A stretch of 46,083 bases of DNA. It comes from Nemertoderma westbladi (taxonomy: Eukaryota > Animalia > Xenacoelomorpha). Position 1 is the stretch's first letter, and each line of letters starts with the position of its first letter. Positions 1 through 11,970 of this stretch are shown piece after piece. The DNA is taken from positions 1 through 46,083 of the forward strand of contig JAUCBJ010001304.1 in assembly GCA_032718475.1 (NCBI GenBank), written 5' to 3'. Position numbers and translations under genes: made by a program. Under the pieces are notes generated by a model. It did not search any database. It was not told where the DNA came from and saw only the letters and a list, made by a program, of their open reading frames with translations.

Positions 1-3000
1 ATGTCAGAGTAGCAGGTTCGCCGTTGGTGTCCTTGTCTGAGGCAATTATAACATAACCGCTTATCCCACATGACTTCTCGTCTCTCCGTTAATGATTTCT
101 TCAGGAATTCATCACACATATTCAAACGGTGGGTCCCGTTACACAGCGCACATTTCGGTTTGATGTTACTTACCTTATTTTGGGTAACATTGTGCACTCT
201 CGTTCTTTCTTCGGGCTTTCTCACCTGAATTCTCTTGGGAGACGTAAGAGGAGTTTTTCTTACCTGTTCTCTCTTGTCATTGGATCGAGACTTAAATTTA
301 CTTCCCTGTTCGTTAGGTGTTTTATGGCCATCATAAGATCTTTCAGTGTCTTTTCCGCTGTCCTCTCCTTGAGAAGTCTGGCTTTCGCCATCGTCGGTAT
401 AACACACTGGTGTTACCTTTCTCCTGGAGACGGGTTTCTCACTTACCTTGTTTTCCGATGTCTTCTCTCTGGACTGCTTTATGAGCTGTAATTTCACTTC
501 GCCATCCAAGAATGTCATGAGATCAGTCATGGTAGGGTCTCGTTGTTGTTGTTCCATCATGTATAACACTTTCTTGTCCCAGCGTGTACCTACTCCACCC
601 TTCGGTAAAGTAGAAGCCACTGCTCTAATAACCATAGCACTCTGATACTCATGAGACTTACCTAGCCAATCTAATTGTCTGCAGATTTCCTGAATTTCAT
701 CGGAAAACTCTATAATCCCGCTGCTAATAAACTTTCGGGGCGCTACCAACTTTGCATACAAATACCCAGCTATGTTATTCCTATTACCATACCTGATGTT
801 TAGTGTGTCCCAAACTTGTCTTAATCCATCTGGATGTCCAATAAACTTTAACGCCATTGACTTGGGAGGTCCTTCCAAGCACTCGATGAGAAATCTAAGT
901 TTCTCTCCGTTGGATAGCACAGAGTCCTGTATGTTATCTTGATAATATTCATTAAAAGGTAACCATTTCATCTCATCTCCATTAAACTTGACGATCTCTC
1001 CAACCTTTACCGCTTGCCGGGCTTCGGTTCTAGCCATTTGTCGTGTAAAACTTTCTTGGGCCATCGTGTTATTTAATATCGAGTTATCGGTATATAAATT
1101 TCTCGGATTATGATCAGGTCTATAGGGAATGTCATTATCAACAGGTCTATAATTACCCTTAATAGGGTTCACTATAGGAGTTTCTACTTCACTAGCAGTA
1201 TATATGCGTGTAGGCTCCACACCTTGCGCATGAGATACTTCAGACCTAACAGGTTGACATATTGTTACCAAGGGTGGTGGTATACCCTTTTTTGTATTTA
1301 CTAATTTATCGCGTTCTAGCGCGATACTTTGCTGCACTTCTTGCAACTCTACCCTACTTTCCCTTACTGTGCCCTTGAATTGCTGAACAGTCTCCTGCAT
1401 CTGCCCGAGCAGGAGATCCATCCCCCGCCGTCTCTCGTCCACCCATTCGACCGCCGAAGCGGGAGTCGCCAACGTTGTAGCGGGCGGACGAGGGACAACG
1501 GGCGACAAATCATGAATATTTCGCTCGGGGTCCAGGACCTGAACTGTCTCATGGGCTGTTCTACTGGGCACAGATAGCTTAGTACTGTGCAGAGGGAATT
1601 TAGAGGTAGCTTCAGGGAGCACAGGTGTGTCTATCACCGAAGGGGTGATTTCAAGAACAGGCCTAATTATTTCAGGCTCATCTACTATAGTAGGGAGTCT
1701 TTCTATTTTAATTATTTGGTCTGTGGGCTCTGTACTACCTAAGTTGGTGTTATTTAGTTGCCTTCTAACAGCTGGAGGCAAATCAGGCAATTTCTGACGG
1801 TGGAATGTTCTTTTACGTCTACTTAGACGAGATCTATTTCCCTTGCCTTCAGTATCGGTGGTATCGCCTTCCTCAGATGATGTATATCCCTGTCTTTTGG
1901 GAGTAGATCGATTCATCATCTGCATATTACTAGCTGTTAACTGTTTATTTATGCAGTCTTGATTCTCCTGAATGTTTTCCAATTCTAATTGGGTGGTTTC
2001 TTCAGTCGCTCTCCGTTCGGCTTCTGCCACTGCCTCTGCGGCCTTTCTTTCAGCCTCGGCCGCCTTTGCTTCTGCCGCTGCCGCTGCCGCTGCCGCTTTT
2101 GCCTCTGCTGCTGCCTCTGCCGCTGCCGCTTTTCTTTCTGCTTCTGCAGCTACCACTGCTGCTTTCTTTCTGTCTTCTATACGTTTTTTCTTTACTTGTT
2201 CTTCTTGGACTCGTGTGATGCGGAGTTGTTCATCAAATTTAGCCTGGTTCGCAGCCCTCATTTCCACATCGATTGCATCCAACACAAGCTTGGTTCCTTC
2301 ACTATTAGGGCTAAGTCCCTCTAACCTTCTCCTCAACTCGTCATCACCTAAAAAACGTTGATAGTCTGACAGATAGATGTCAATGGCATCCCTCTTATGC
2401 GGTTTCTCTGCCGTCGCTTCACTTTCCACTTGGGAAAAAGTAGCGTCTGTTGATTCTCCATGGGTTGAGCGCTCCTCCAGCTGAGCTTTCCACTGAGCTG
2501 TTCCTTGAACCTGGCGACTCACCCGTTGAAACCAAGTCTTTACGGCAACTTGCAACGACGTGTCTTGTCTTCGTTTAGAAGCCTCCTCAAAGGCCGATAA
2601 TATTAGCCTGATTCGTAGAATTCTTTCTCTAACTTGATAAAGCAGTTGTCCCTGCTCTTGAGGTCCTTGTGGTTGTTGAAACAGTTGTCCTTTTACTCGC
2701 TCCATAGAGCTGAAGAATCCCTGTGCGTATCCGGCTGCGGACCTCTTCCACACAGCGGGATCTATGGTTTCTTTGGCTACTCCCATCCGATGTATGTCTT
2801 CCCAGGTAGCTTCTGATAAATCAAACGGGAGTCCGGGTCCGGGGAAGTTCCATTGCGACTCGAAAATAGACTTCAGTTCTTCACTCGTGTATCCCGCATA
2901 ATTATCTTTAGTTGATCATTGACTTCTCGCCCAATCGATCTGGTGTTCTTCCACTGCAATCAATAACCTAGTGAGTACGGCTGCAGGAAGGATGAGAAGG

Positions 3001-3341
3001 GGATCCGAATAAACCGCCTCCGTCATCTTTGCTCCGCGCTCGGGTGTCAGCTCTACAGTATCCTCACTACTGGAGCTGTTGGGCCGTTGAGAAATAAGTT
3101 CTTGGCTAGCGGGTTGTTGCTGTTCTGCTGCTTCTTGGTCCCGCTTGACCTGAGCTCGAGTGCCTATGATAGACCTACGATGTTGGACCAGCCTAGGTTC
3201 TGTTATTACTACTGGAGGGATGACCTTCCTCACAGTGGGAGGTGAACTGAACTTACGACTAGACGGTTCTACGCCTCTATCTGAGTCGCAGATAGTTACA
3301 TCTAATAAACTGTCTGACAGGTTCTGCTTAGTATCAGACAT
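1..3341 (-). CDS. gag: BEL/Pao Gag (about 1113 codons to the window edge, 3'-partial, one in-frame TGA at 2916-2918)
   Basis: Manual translation: the track ORF 2916..3341 is in the same frame as an open frame that continues from 2915 to base 1. The next ATG is at 2786. Contains an Ala/Glu/Lys coiled-coil tract (about 1990-2200), a DUF1759-like domain (about 490-1010) and zinc knuckles (about 10-155). Confidence 0.88.
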
Positions 3342-3531
3342 GTTTATGGATACAGTTGAATGCCTACTGCTATATTACAGTCTAAGCAAGTCTAGTAATT
3401 CAGTATTAACTGCTAGCCTAGTAATTAATTACCGATACTGCTACTCAGTGTATCGTGATATATATTATATATTAGAATACCGGTATGCTTATAGTATATA
3501 TAACTATTATTACAGACTAGGTTTATCACAG

Positions 3532-3715
3532 AATACCGGTATAATTTTAGCACAAATATATATAAATATATAATAGGCCTATCGGGAATACCGGTATACA
3601 GCTTACAGTTTGTAGTATATATAATTCTGGACTAGAATTAATTACAAGTACCGGTATAATTTCAGCCTAAATTTATAGAAATAAAGATAATAGGCCTATC
3701 GTAAATACCGGTATA
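3532..3715. repeat. Diverged duplicate (about 115-bp spacing) of a TACCGGTA...TAGGCCTA...TACCGGTA block in the BEL leader
   Basis: taccggtataattttagc...taataggcctatcg...aataccggtata occurs at about 3532-3598 and again at about 3647-3715. Confidence 0.6.
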
Positions 3716-4657
3716 TCAATTATTTTAAATAATTGAATTTCTGAATTTTAGGGTTACTTGGTTACTTTACTTACTTTATTACCGTTATTTGAGCAGTAGT
3801 CCAACTGATATTGAGACCTAATGGTTGTATGGTAGGCCTACTATTTATAAATCGTTAGATTTGATTTATAATATATATATATATATACCCGTTTTAATGG
3901 GTTTTGTCAATGTTTGAAATAAATGTTATTATTTCTGGGGAGTAATCACTACACAAAGCGGTGCGCTTTCAGTGAAGTGTTACTTGTTAGACACTAAAAC
4001 AAATAATTCTAATTTACCTAAGTTACTTAATACTACAATTACGTACAATTCAGGTGAGATTACAATCTCTAAATAAACACAAAAAATTTACAAAAAACAC
4101 AAAATACGAATTTTTAGGGTAATTTTACAAGAAGTCTACAAACCAGCCTAACAAAGGGTTAGAAATCTGGTTATTACAACGGACAGGGTTCTACGGTATT
4201 TGAAAATAATAAGTAGTAGTAAATACACTGCGTTGTCCAGATAGGAAAATACCACCGCCTGACGACCTATAGCCGTATCGCTATAGGTTCTACGTTATGT
4301 ATCACGGAGTGTTCCTACCTAGAAGTTAATAGAGCTAATCGAATGTGCCTATCAACCACTTTACAACACAAATATAATGCCTACACTAATTACTTTCGGA
4401 AAGCACTGTACACTAAACCCTAAATTAGGTACGAGTACTTGTACAACATATAATCAGTAGTTAAATATACTTGAACAGCTAAAAGAACCACGGCATCTGC
4501 TGGAGTGACCGGTGCACAAAATCACCAGTCTTTACCTACGCCAAGCAGCCCGTGTAGTACCGGGGTTAATTTAACTATAGCGGTATGTATAACAAACACA
4601 ATTATTGTAGGAACAAACTTGGGGAATGAATGTTGCGAATAATCGCATAAACTCTGA

Positions 4658-5233
4658 ATAATAAATATTACGCTACGCGTACAAACCACTCAAACAAAAT
4701 GCAGACCAAACACTGACAGACTACTATCAAGCCTAAATAAACTACAGGACATGCAGACTCCGAAATGATTAGGTAGTATGCGTTCTAACCCAGTAGTACG
4801 ACTTATTCTTTAGTTGGGGGTTTACCTTACAGCATTGGCTGCCCCTACTTCCTAACCGTTCTTTATCGGACAGAGGCTCTACACACACTGCAATCCGTTC
4901 AGACCTAATAACAGCCAGACAACTATCCAGCCTGCAAATTATCTAAATAAATATTATACGCTACCCGTACAGACTTACACAAACAAAGTACAGACTAAAC
5001 GATGGCAGACTACTCTCAAGCCTAAACAAACTACAGGACATGCAGACTCCGAAATGATTAGGTAGTATGCGTTCTAACCCAGTAGTACGACTTATTCTTT
5101 AGTTGGGGGTTTACCTTACAGCATTGGCTGCCCCTACTTCCTAACCATTCTTTATCGGACAGGTGATCTACACACACTGCAATCCGTTCAGACTTAACAG
5201 CAATCAGACAACAGCCCAGCCTACAAATTGTCT
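4658..5233. repeat. Two-copy tandem direct repeat, 289-bp period, in the BEL leader
   Basis: actacaggacatgcagactccgaaatg... starts at 4741 and at 5030. About 130 bp of core is nearly identical and the flanks are more diverged. Confidence 0.92.
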
Positions 5234-5416
5234 GTACTATCTGATCAGGCTGTCTGTTCGCCTTCTGTTCAATACTGGCCTACAAATAAATAAAACTGAC
5301 AGAAATAAGTAAGCTCCAAAAGAAACAAGGGGTGTACAGTCCCTAATCTCTTAAACAGCCTACCGGTATACAACAATCAAATCGAATAATACTAATGTAC
5401 TTATACGGGAAGTACC

Positions 5417-5535
5417 GGTTAGGACAGTTAGGCCTACGGACCTACAGAAGTACCGGTTCTGGCAGTTGGACCTACGGACCTACGGCAGTACCGGTTCTGG
5501 CAGTTGGGCCTACTGACCTACAGATGTACCGTTCA
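5417..5535. repeat. Short tandem repeat, about 38 bp x 3
   Basis: Repeated ctacggacctacagaagtaccggttctggcagttggac variants. Confidence 0.75.
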
Positions 5536-6145
5536 GGTTTACCGGTTGACCGGTACTTTCAACTTTATTGCTTACTGCAATAAAGAAGCTATATCCGTTA
5601 TTGTTCGCGCTTTCAGACCTTTGGCAGTTTAACCCGCCAAATTAGGATGTCTTCTAGATAATAATTCGCCTTTAGCCTATGACAAGTATCCGATCCACTA
5701 CACTAGTCGAAACCAATCTGTGCGCGATCATTCACCCGCTGGATATACCCGGGAGATTGGGTTCGACGGCTTAATCTTATTGCTATGTAAGCCTAATGTA
5801 TTATTCGACTGACAGTATTATATAATCTCTGACAATATTATTCACCTTCGGGAAATATTAACAGTTCCTTTAGGACGTGGCGCTCTATCTATATAAACAG
5901 AGTTATGACTTAAACTACTCACAACGATATGGCTTAGTTATAATTCACATATATGGCGCATTCTTTAGGAAATGCTTCGTTATCAGTATCACTCATACAC
6001 AATGCTGCACAATACTGCACACTAATCTGCCGATCTTCACTGATTTTAGTCACATATAAAAGGAACACGGACCGACTCATGTAGGGTCTATCAAATAACA
6101 TTAGATTCACTTCAAACCACTTTAACATAAGTCACAATCGTTATA

Positions 6146-6946
6146 TGTAACCTTTCTCTCTTACCTTCGGTATATCAAGAATATTGGGGTTTTGGGGTTA
6201 TTTATCGTTATTCCAAATATAATAATTCATCAACCATATTATGAAGAACCGACAGTAAATAGCAGTATAACAATATAAAAGTATGCACCAGTGTGGTACA
6301 TGCAGATTTGGTTTGTTTAGTTCAGATAACGGATATATGTCCTTATAATTAAGCCTACTAGTGTTAGGCTAAAACAGAAAAGCACAAAATATTTCCAAGC
6401 CGCTCTCTCCTGGCTCAGGACTGAATGTAAACACTGCCCATCATGCATTGCGTGATTTCTAGGAAAATTTCTGTACAAGAGCCATAAAAATGCTCTGATT
6501 GGCTGACTGAACTGAGAGATGCCGTAGAACAAAGAAAATCAACACGTATGAATATCAGCTGTTAACCGTCGTCATAGTAACTACTGTTCAAGAGTATCTC
6601 GCCTCTTTTGCGTCATAGAATTGCCATGGAACCACCAACCATGTCTTCCAAAGTACACATACGGAAGAAATAGCTCTTAGGTCCTCTAAAAAACACCGAT
6701 ACAGCAATAATACGGCCTCTTACGCCTATTAAACCAACTACAGAGTATTTTACGGGAAAAATAAGGAAAAATAACCGGGAAATTCAGCAAAAGCTTTTAC
6801 ACATACTTAGCAATCTCATTAAGTTAACGTGAAAGCTTGACCTTGTATATCATAACATAGCGCTTTCAGAAACGGTATAAATAAACTTTACATTAAGTAA
6901 ATCCTATTTGTGGAAGAAAAGTTAGAGCAAAAATAAGGGCGTTACA
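6146..6946 (-). repeat. Candidate 5' LTR of the BEL element
   Basis: Bounded by the inverted hexamers TGTAAC and GTTACA, with a CCAAT-box-like cagccaatcagag near 6500 on the minus strand. There is no second LTR in the window and no clear PBS, so this is tentative. Confidence 0.4.
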
Positions 6947-7799
6947 AGATGGACATTTCCAATGACGTTAAAAAACTACTTGGCAAACTTTTGGGCATAA
7001 TTTCTGCTGGACTTATCGATTAGCGTTCATTTGTATATATCTATATGTATATGTCTTCATTTGTATATGTATATGTATATATGTCTATATGTATATGTGT
7101 TTGGATAGCCAAAAAAATAATCTTTCGGAAAATACTTACCTTGAAACAAACACATTTCACAATAAAGAGTTATGTTTCAAAAACAAGCGTTACAACACCT
7201 AAAAAATTAATTTATAAAAACGAACATGTAGCATTTTTAATTCCTCCAAAAACAAAACTATAAATAAGTGTACCCCAGTAACGACTAGTACTGGATTGTA
7301 GATCATGAAATAAGTTTTAAGCTGATATATAGTTTACTGGATGTATATCTTACTGACATTTGGTTATGATCGTTTGTATCTCAAAAACTTAGCATCGGAC
7401 ATCGCATCATAATATGTCCATTTCGTGCTTGTAATCCAAGGAAAATATATGTCAAATTGCTTAAAACCAATGCCACAAAATGTGCGAAAATTCGCTCTAT
7501 AGAAATATATATAGGTTTATATGGTTTGGGTTATTTTCTGCTGAGTGGAATGGAATGGCTCATGGAATGGCGAAATTACGTCTGACACAATTTTGGCCAC
7601 TTTTTGCGTAATCGACCCACAATACATTTATCAAATTGAAGATATTTACAGGAAACGATTATTTAATGAGAATTTGAAAATTATTCTTGTGTAGAAAGAA
7701 TAGTGATAATAAGTTGTTTTGGCTAAACAAATACTGCGTTTCGAATTATAAACATCAACAAAATTTAAAATATAATATTGTATAAGGGACATCTTTAAT

Positions 7800-7872
7800 G
7801 ACGAACAGTTGGGATCGAACTGCTGACCTCCGGTTTGGAAGCCTAACGTTCCAACCACTCAGCTAGCAGCTC
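7800..7872 (-). pseudogene. tRNA-Gly(TCC)-like cassette, degenerate
   Basis: Minus strand reads GAGCTGC-TAGCTGAGTGG (A box)...CTTCCAA (anticodon loop)...GTTCGATCC (B box) at tRNA spacing. The stems pair poorly. Confidence 0.6.
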
Positions 7873-8350
7873 AGGTAAAAGGTAGACCTGGAACTACTAC
7901 CTGAAGCCTTCTATGTCCGCAATTTACGTCCTCATGGCCTCCAATCTGCCAATTTACTGCCACGTGCTCAATTGCACAGTACTTGACTGTCTTTAATTAC
8001 TCGCTACAATGAAATATTAACCATGAACCATCACGGCCACAATGATTAATTACACACTCTAGCTACTAATTTAGGCATGACAGTTACACCCATAGAGAAA
8101 TACGACCAATATATTTTTTATAATTTATTATTAGTGTTATGGGTGAATTCTGCCGAAATGAATTGTTAGAGTTTATTATTAACCACAGTGGCCGTGATGG
8201 TTCATGGTTAATATACACTACTGCCAAGTAATGTATAATTTAATACAGTGGCAGCAGATTATGGTAATGACAGAAGAGAGGCCATGAGGATGTAAATTGC
8301 GCAAATATAGGGTAGGCCTAATATGTAGTGTTTCCAGGTACCTTTTACCT

Positions 8351-8418
8351 GAGCTGCTAGCGGAAGGGTTAGAACGTCATACTTCCAACCCGGTCACCAG
8401 TTTGATCCCGCCTTGACG
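8351..8418 (+). pseudogene. tRNA-Gly(TCC)-like cassette, second, more decayed copy
   Basis: GAGCTGCTAGCGGAAGGGTTAGAACG...CTTCCAA...GTTTGATCCC mirrors 7800-7872. Confidence 0.5.
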
Positions 8419-9440
8419 TCATTGCCGACTTTGCCACCCAAAACACCAAAAAAAATTATAAATATTTAATTACCAAATGCGAGAAGTTTAAAGACTGACG
8501 AAAACTGAATGAAGCGATTGTTTATATAACAAACAATTTTAAGTAAAGAGGTATTATTTCACACCTGAGGTAACTCCACACCACCCGTTTCAAACTTTGT
8601 TAAATTGTATCTAATAATTTGTTAATATATTGACGGATTTATTATTATTTAAGACCTGAACCACTGAATAACAATTATATTAGGGTGTGGGATTAGGTAA
8701 CTAACATTAATAGATTATAATAATTGTTGTTCGCGGGAGATTAGAGATTACAGAACGAATTTCTATGAATAACAAATGTACGACAAGTTTATTTTGTAAT
8801 ACTACACAACCAAATAAGATAATGTTTTTTTGCTTGAAATGATTATGTATTAGGTTTACTTGTTTTTTAGTCATTGTTAGCTCTCATTGTACAGTATTAC
8901 GATACTTTAAAAACGTTATGAATGGCAATTAGGATTAGCTAGCATAGTAAGGAAGTTGTTTCTCATCCTCCCATTTTACATGATAGTATAGATCACGATT
9001 TTGAAAATATTTGTTGTATATGGAAGAAATAAAGAATACATCTAATAGAGTTTATGTTATATATTTAATAATTAATTTTATATTTAAAAACAGAAATGTA
9101 GCAGTAATTACAGTAGAATAGTAGAGTAGAGCGTAGAGTCAATCGCGGACCACGCCCTGCCGCGCCGTTGTTGGGATTTATCATTTTTTCCTTATTTGTT
9201 AGAAACATTAATGAATATTAAATGAGATGAAGGGGTAACATTTGGAATTATTTCCTATCTGAAAATCATTTGATTATTGGTCTATAGCCTCTCTAATACT
9301 AATTACCTATAACCGCCGCTATGATCTACCTGTATACAACCTATTGCTATGATGGCAAGAATTGGCGTTGTGGACAGCCAATGCCTTTCCTTAAAAGCTC
9401 AAGGACACCGGATTTGAGAATAGGGTCGAACTCTGAAAAT

Positions 9441-10661
9441 GTATGTCTGACTGTGAGATCTGGGAGCTCAATGTTACTGGGTCCGCCGGCACTGTGTGTG
9501 GCTGACCGCGAGATCTGGAGGCGCTATGTTACTGGGTCCGCCGGCACTGTGTGTGGCTGACCGCGAGATCTGGAGGCGCTATGTTACTGGGTCCGCCGGC
9601 ACTGTGTATGGCTGACCGCGAGATCTGGGGGCGCTCTGTTGCTGGGTCCACCAGTACTGTGTATGGCTGACCGCGAGATCTGGGGGCGCTATGTTACTGG
9701 GTCCGCTGGCACTGTGTGTGGCTGAACGCGAGATCGGGGGCGCTATGTTACTGGGTCCGCCGGCACTGTGTGTGGCTGACCGCCAGATTTGGGGGCGCTA
9801 TGTTGCTGTGTCAGCCGGCACTGTGTATGGCTGAACGCGAGATCTGGGGGCGCTATGTTACTGGGTCCGCCGGAACTGTGTGTGGCTGACCACCAGATTT
9901 GGGGGCGCTATGTTGCTGTGTCAGCCGGCACTGTTTATGGTTGACCGCGACATCTTGTGGCGCTCTATGTTTCTGGGTCAGCCGGCAATATGTATGGCTG
10001 ACCGCGAGATTTGGGGGTGCTATGTTGCTGGGTCCGCCGGAACTGTGTGTGGCTGACCGCGAGATCTGGGGGCGCTATGTTACTGGGTCCGCCGGAACTG
10101 TGTGTGGCTGACCGCCAGATTTGGGGGCGCTATGTTGCTGTGTCAGCCGGCACTGTGTATGGCTGACCGCGACATCATGTGGCGCTCTATGTTTCTGGGT
10201 CAGCCGGCAATATGTATGGCTGACCGCGAGATTTGGGGGTGCTATGTTGCTGTGACAGCCGGCACTGTGTATGGCTGACAGCGAGATTTGGGGGCGCTAT
10301 GTTGCTGGGTCCGCCGGAACTGTGTGTGGCTGACCGCCAGATTTGGGGGCGCTATGTTGCTGTGTCAGCCGGCACTGTGTATGGCTGACCGCGACATCAT
10401 GTGGCGCTCTATGTTTCTGGGTCAGCCGGCAATATGTATGGCTGACCGCGAGATTTGGGGGTGCTATGTTGCTGTGACAGCCGGCACTGTGTATGGCTGA
10501 CAGCGAGATTTGGGGGCGCTATGTTTCTTGGTCAGCCGGATCTGTGTATGGCTGACCGCGAGATTTGGGGGCGCTATGTTGCTGGATCAGCCGGCACTGT
10601 GTATGGCTGACTGTGAGATCTAGGTCTAGGGGTGCTATGTTGGTGGGTCCCCAGGCACTGC
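9441..10661. repeat. GC-rich 55-bp minisatellite, about 22 copies, with higher-order structure
   Basis: Unit ggctgaccgcgagatctggaggcgctatgttactgggtccgccggcactgtgtgt; gctgacc recurs at 9501, 9556 and 9611. A four-unit block recurs at about 10112 and 10334. Confidence 0.97.
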
Positions 10662-10955
10662 ACCTTAGCACAAGCCGATCATCAGCATCATCATTGTTTG
10701 AATATGGGACTATTTAATAGTCAAGTTGTGCCGTTAAGACTTCCCCAAGTGCACTTTCTAAATACCTCAACATATCACCATGTTTTGCCTCACAAATCAA
10801 AGTAGCGAAAACGTTTTAGCATAGTATAAAATGGATGGTAAGGCTTCCATATAATATTCATAAAGTGTACCAAATGTGCTGGATAAGGTGCTAATAAGTC
10901 TCCTGAATACAGTTCAGTTATTATTATATTATTATATTTAGTTTCTTGAACAGTA

Positions 10956-11373
10956 GAGTAGCCCCTCAGGACAGTATCCACCCGGTCAGAAACCCCTCGC
11001 CCCCGGACAGTACCCCCCTGTCAGTAGCCTTCCGGACAATAGCCCAATGCACAGTAGCTTCATGGACCGTAGCCTTCCACCATACAAACTGAAGAGTGTT
11101 AAACGCTTAGCTAAATAATTAACACTAGAATATGGTCAAAAAACATTATAATTATGTCGGCTTACGTCTAGACATGTGCAAAAATTATTGCAAAATTTTA
11201 GTAATAATTAAGCCCAAAAGAACTAATTCGATAGTGAATTGGTAAAGCTCAAAAACAATAGTATGCAATATTCATTCAATTTACCATCCGGGCTATTTAA
11301 GGGACTATTATTGTCCGGGGGCTACTATCTAGGGACTAAAGTCCGGGCCGGTATTGTCTGTGGGGCACTACTC
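10956..11373. mobile_element. Non-autonomous DNA-transposon/MITE-like relic with inverted subterminal motif arrays
   Basis: Repeated ggacaRtagccc-like motifs on the left (10956-11075) and their reverse complements (gggctatt, ttgtccgggggctact, tattgtctgtggggcactactc) on the right. No TSD found. Confidence 0.5.
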
Positions 11374-11970
11374 ACAAGCTGGCTTCAGAGTCTAATGTCA
11401 TAACAAACACTGATAATAAACTTAACGAAATATAAATTTCATAAGAATTGTGATTCGTGATTACCTTGATTCGGTTTAGTTATCGAAAATTTAGTTTGGA
11501 AAAAGTTTTTTAGATCGATAAAAGTAATGATTCAATTATTAATTATATGTTCAGATATTATAAGATATTATAAATATATTTCGGGCACAAATAATGTCCA
11601 TTATCAATATAATAAGTACTGGAATAGGTACAACTATCAGGGTATGGATGTAGGTCTAGTCTACGGTATGATACCGGTACAGTAAATATGACCACTAAGC
11701 TTAGTGGTCAAACTAATTTAGTTATTAATATTTGTTAACCCGTGGTACTACCGGGTACAATTCATATTCCTATTCTGTACGGTACTGTACCTGTACACAG
11801 GTAACTATAGGCTGTTTAGCTTTAACTTACCGCACAGCAGCACAGTCAGCACAGAGTACGCATTTAACATAGCAGTGCTGAAGCTTATTTTAGTAGCCCT
11901 ATTTTCTGTTTACCTTACACTCTGATGTTTAATTATGTAATACTGTAATTTGAAGTAATATGGTACTTAC

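Larger units (their letters stand above)
1..6946 (-). mobile_element. BEL/Pao LTR retrotransposon, 5' part (pol lies beyond the left window edge)
   Basis: Minus-strand gag has a DUF1759-like region (VKFNGDEMKWLPFNEYYQDNIQDSVLSNGEKLRFLIECLEGPPK) and BEL-type knuckles CALCNGTHRLNMC and CYNCLRQGHQRRTC. A long non-coding leader lies upstream. The right boundary is tentative and rests on TGTAACGCCC read on the minus strand from 6946. Confidence 0.8.
7795..8422. mobile_element. Foldback/MITE-like element with about 250-bp diverged inverted arms
   Basis: Arms at about 7795-8050 and 8178-8422. Paired blocks: atattaaccatgaaccatcacggccac / gtggccgtgatggttcatggttaatat; cgcaatttacgtcctcatggcctc / gaggccatgaggatgtaaattgcg; gctagcagctcaggtaaaaggta / taccttttacctgagctgctagc. 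Confidence 0.8.

Noticed and set aside
1972-2361. Ala-rich and Cys/Arg-rich plus-strand ORFs, and the other short plus-strand ORFs in 129-3573
   Set aside because: Antisense shadows of the BEL gag frame.
4259-4292. CTGACGA followed by a perfect hairpin, resembling hammerhead stem II
   Set aside because: No GAAA follows the stem.
5625-5650. TTTGGCGGG on the minus strand as the BEL primer-binding site
   Set aside because: It is not adjacent to a convincing LTR end and I cannot match it to a tRNA 3' end.
7800-7872. Functional tRNA-Gly gene
   Set aside because: The anticodon and T stems do not pair; kept only as a tRNA-derived cassette.
9441-10661. CRISPR-like appearance of the 55-bp array (also the 30-, 33- and 39-bp arrays)
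   Set aside because: Units are contiguous with no unique spacers, there are no cas genes, and the context is eukaryotic.
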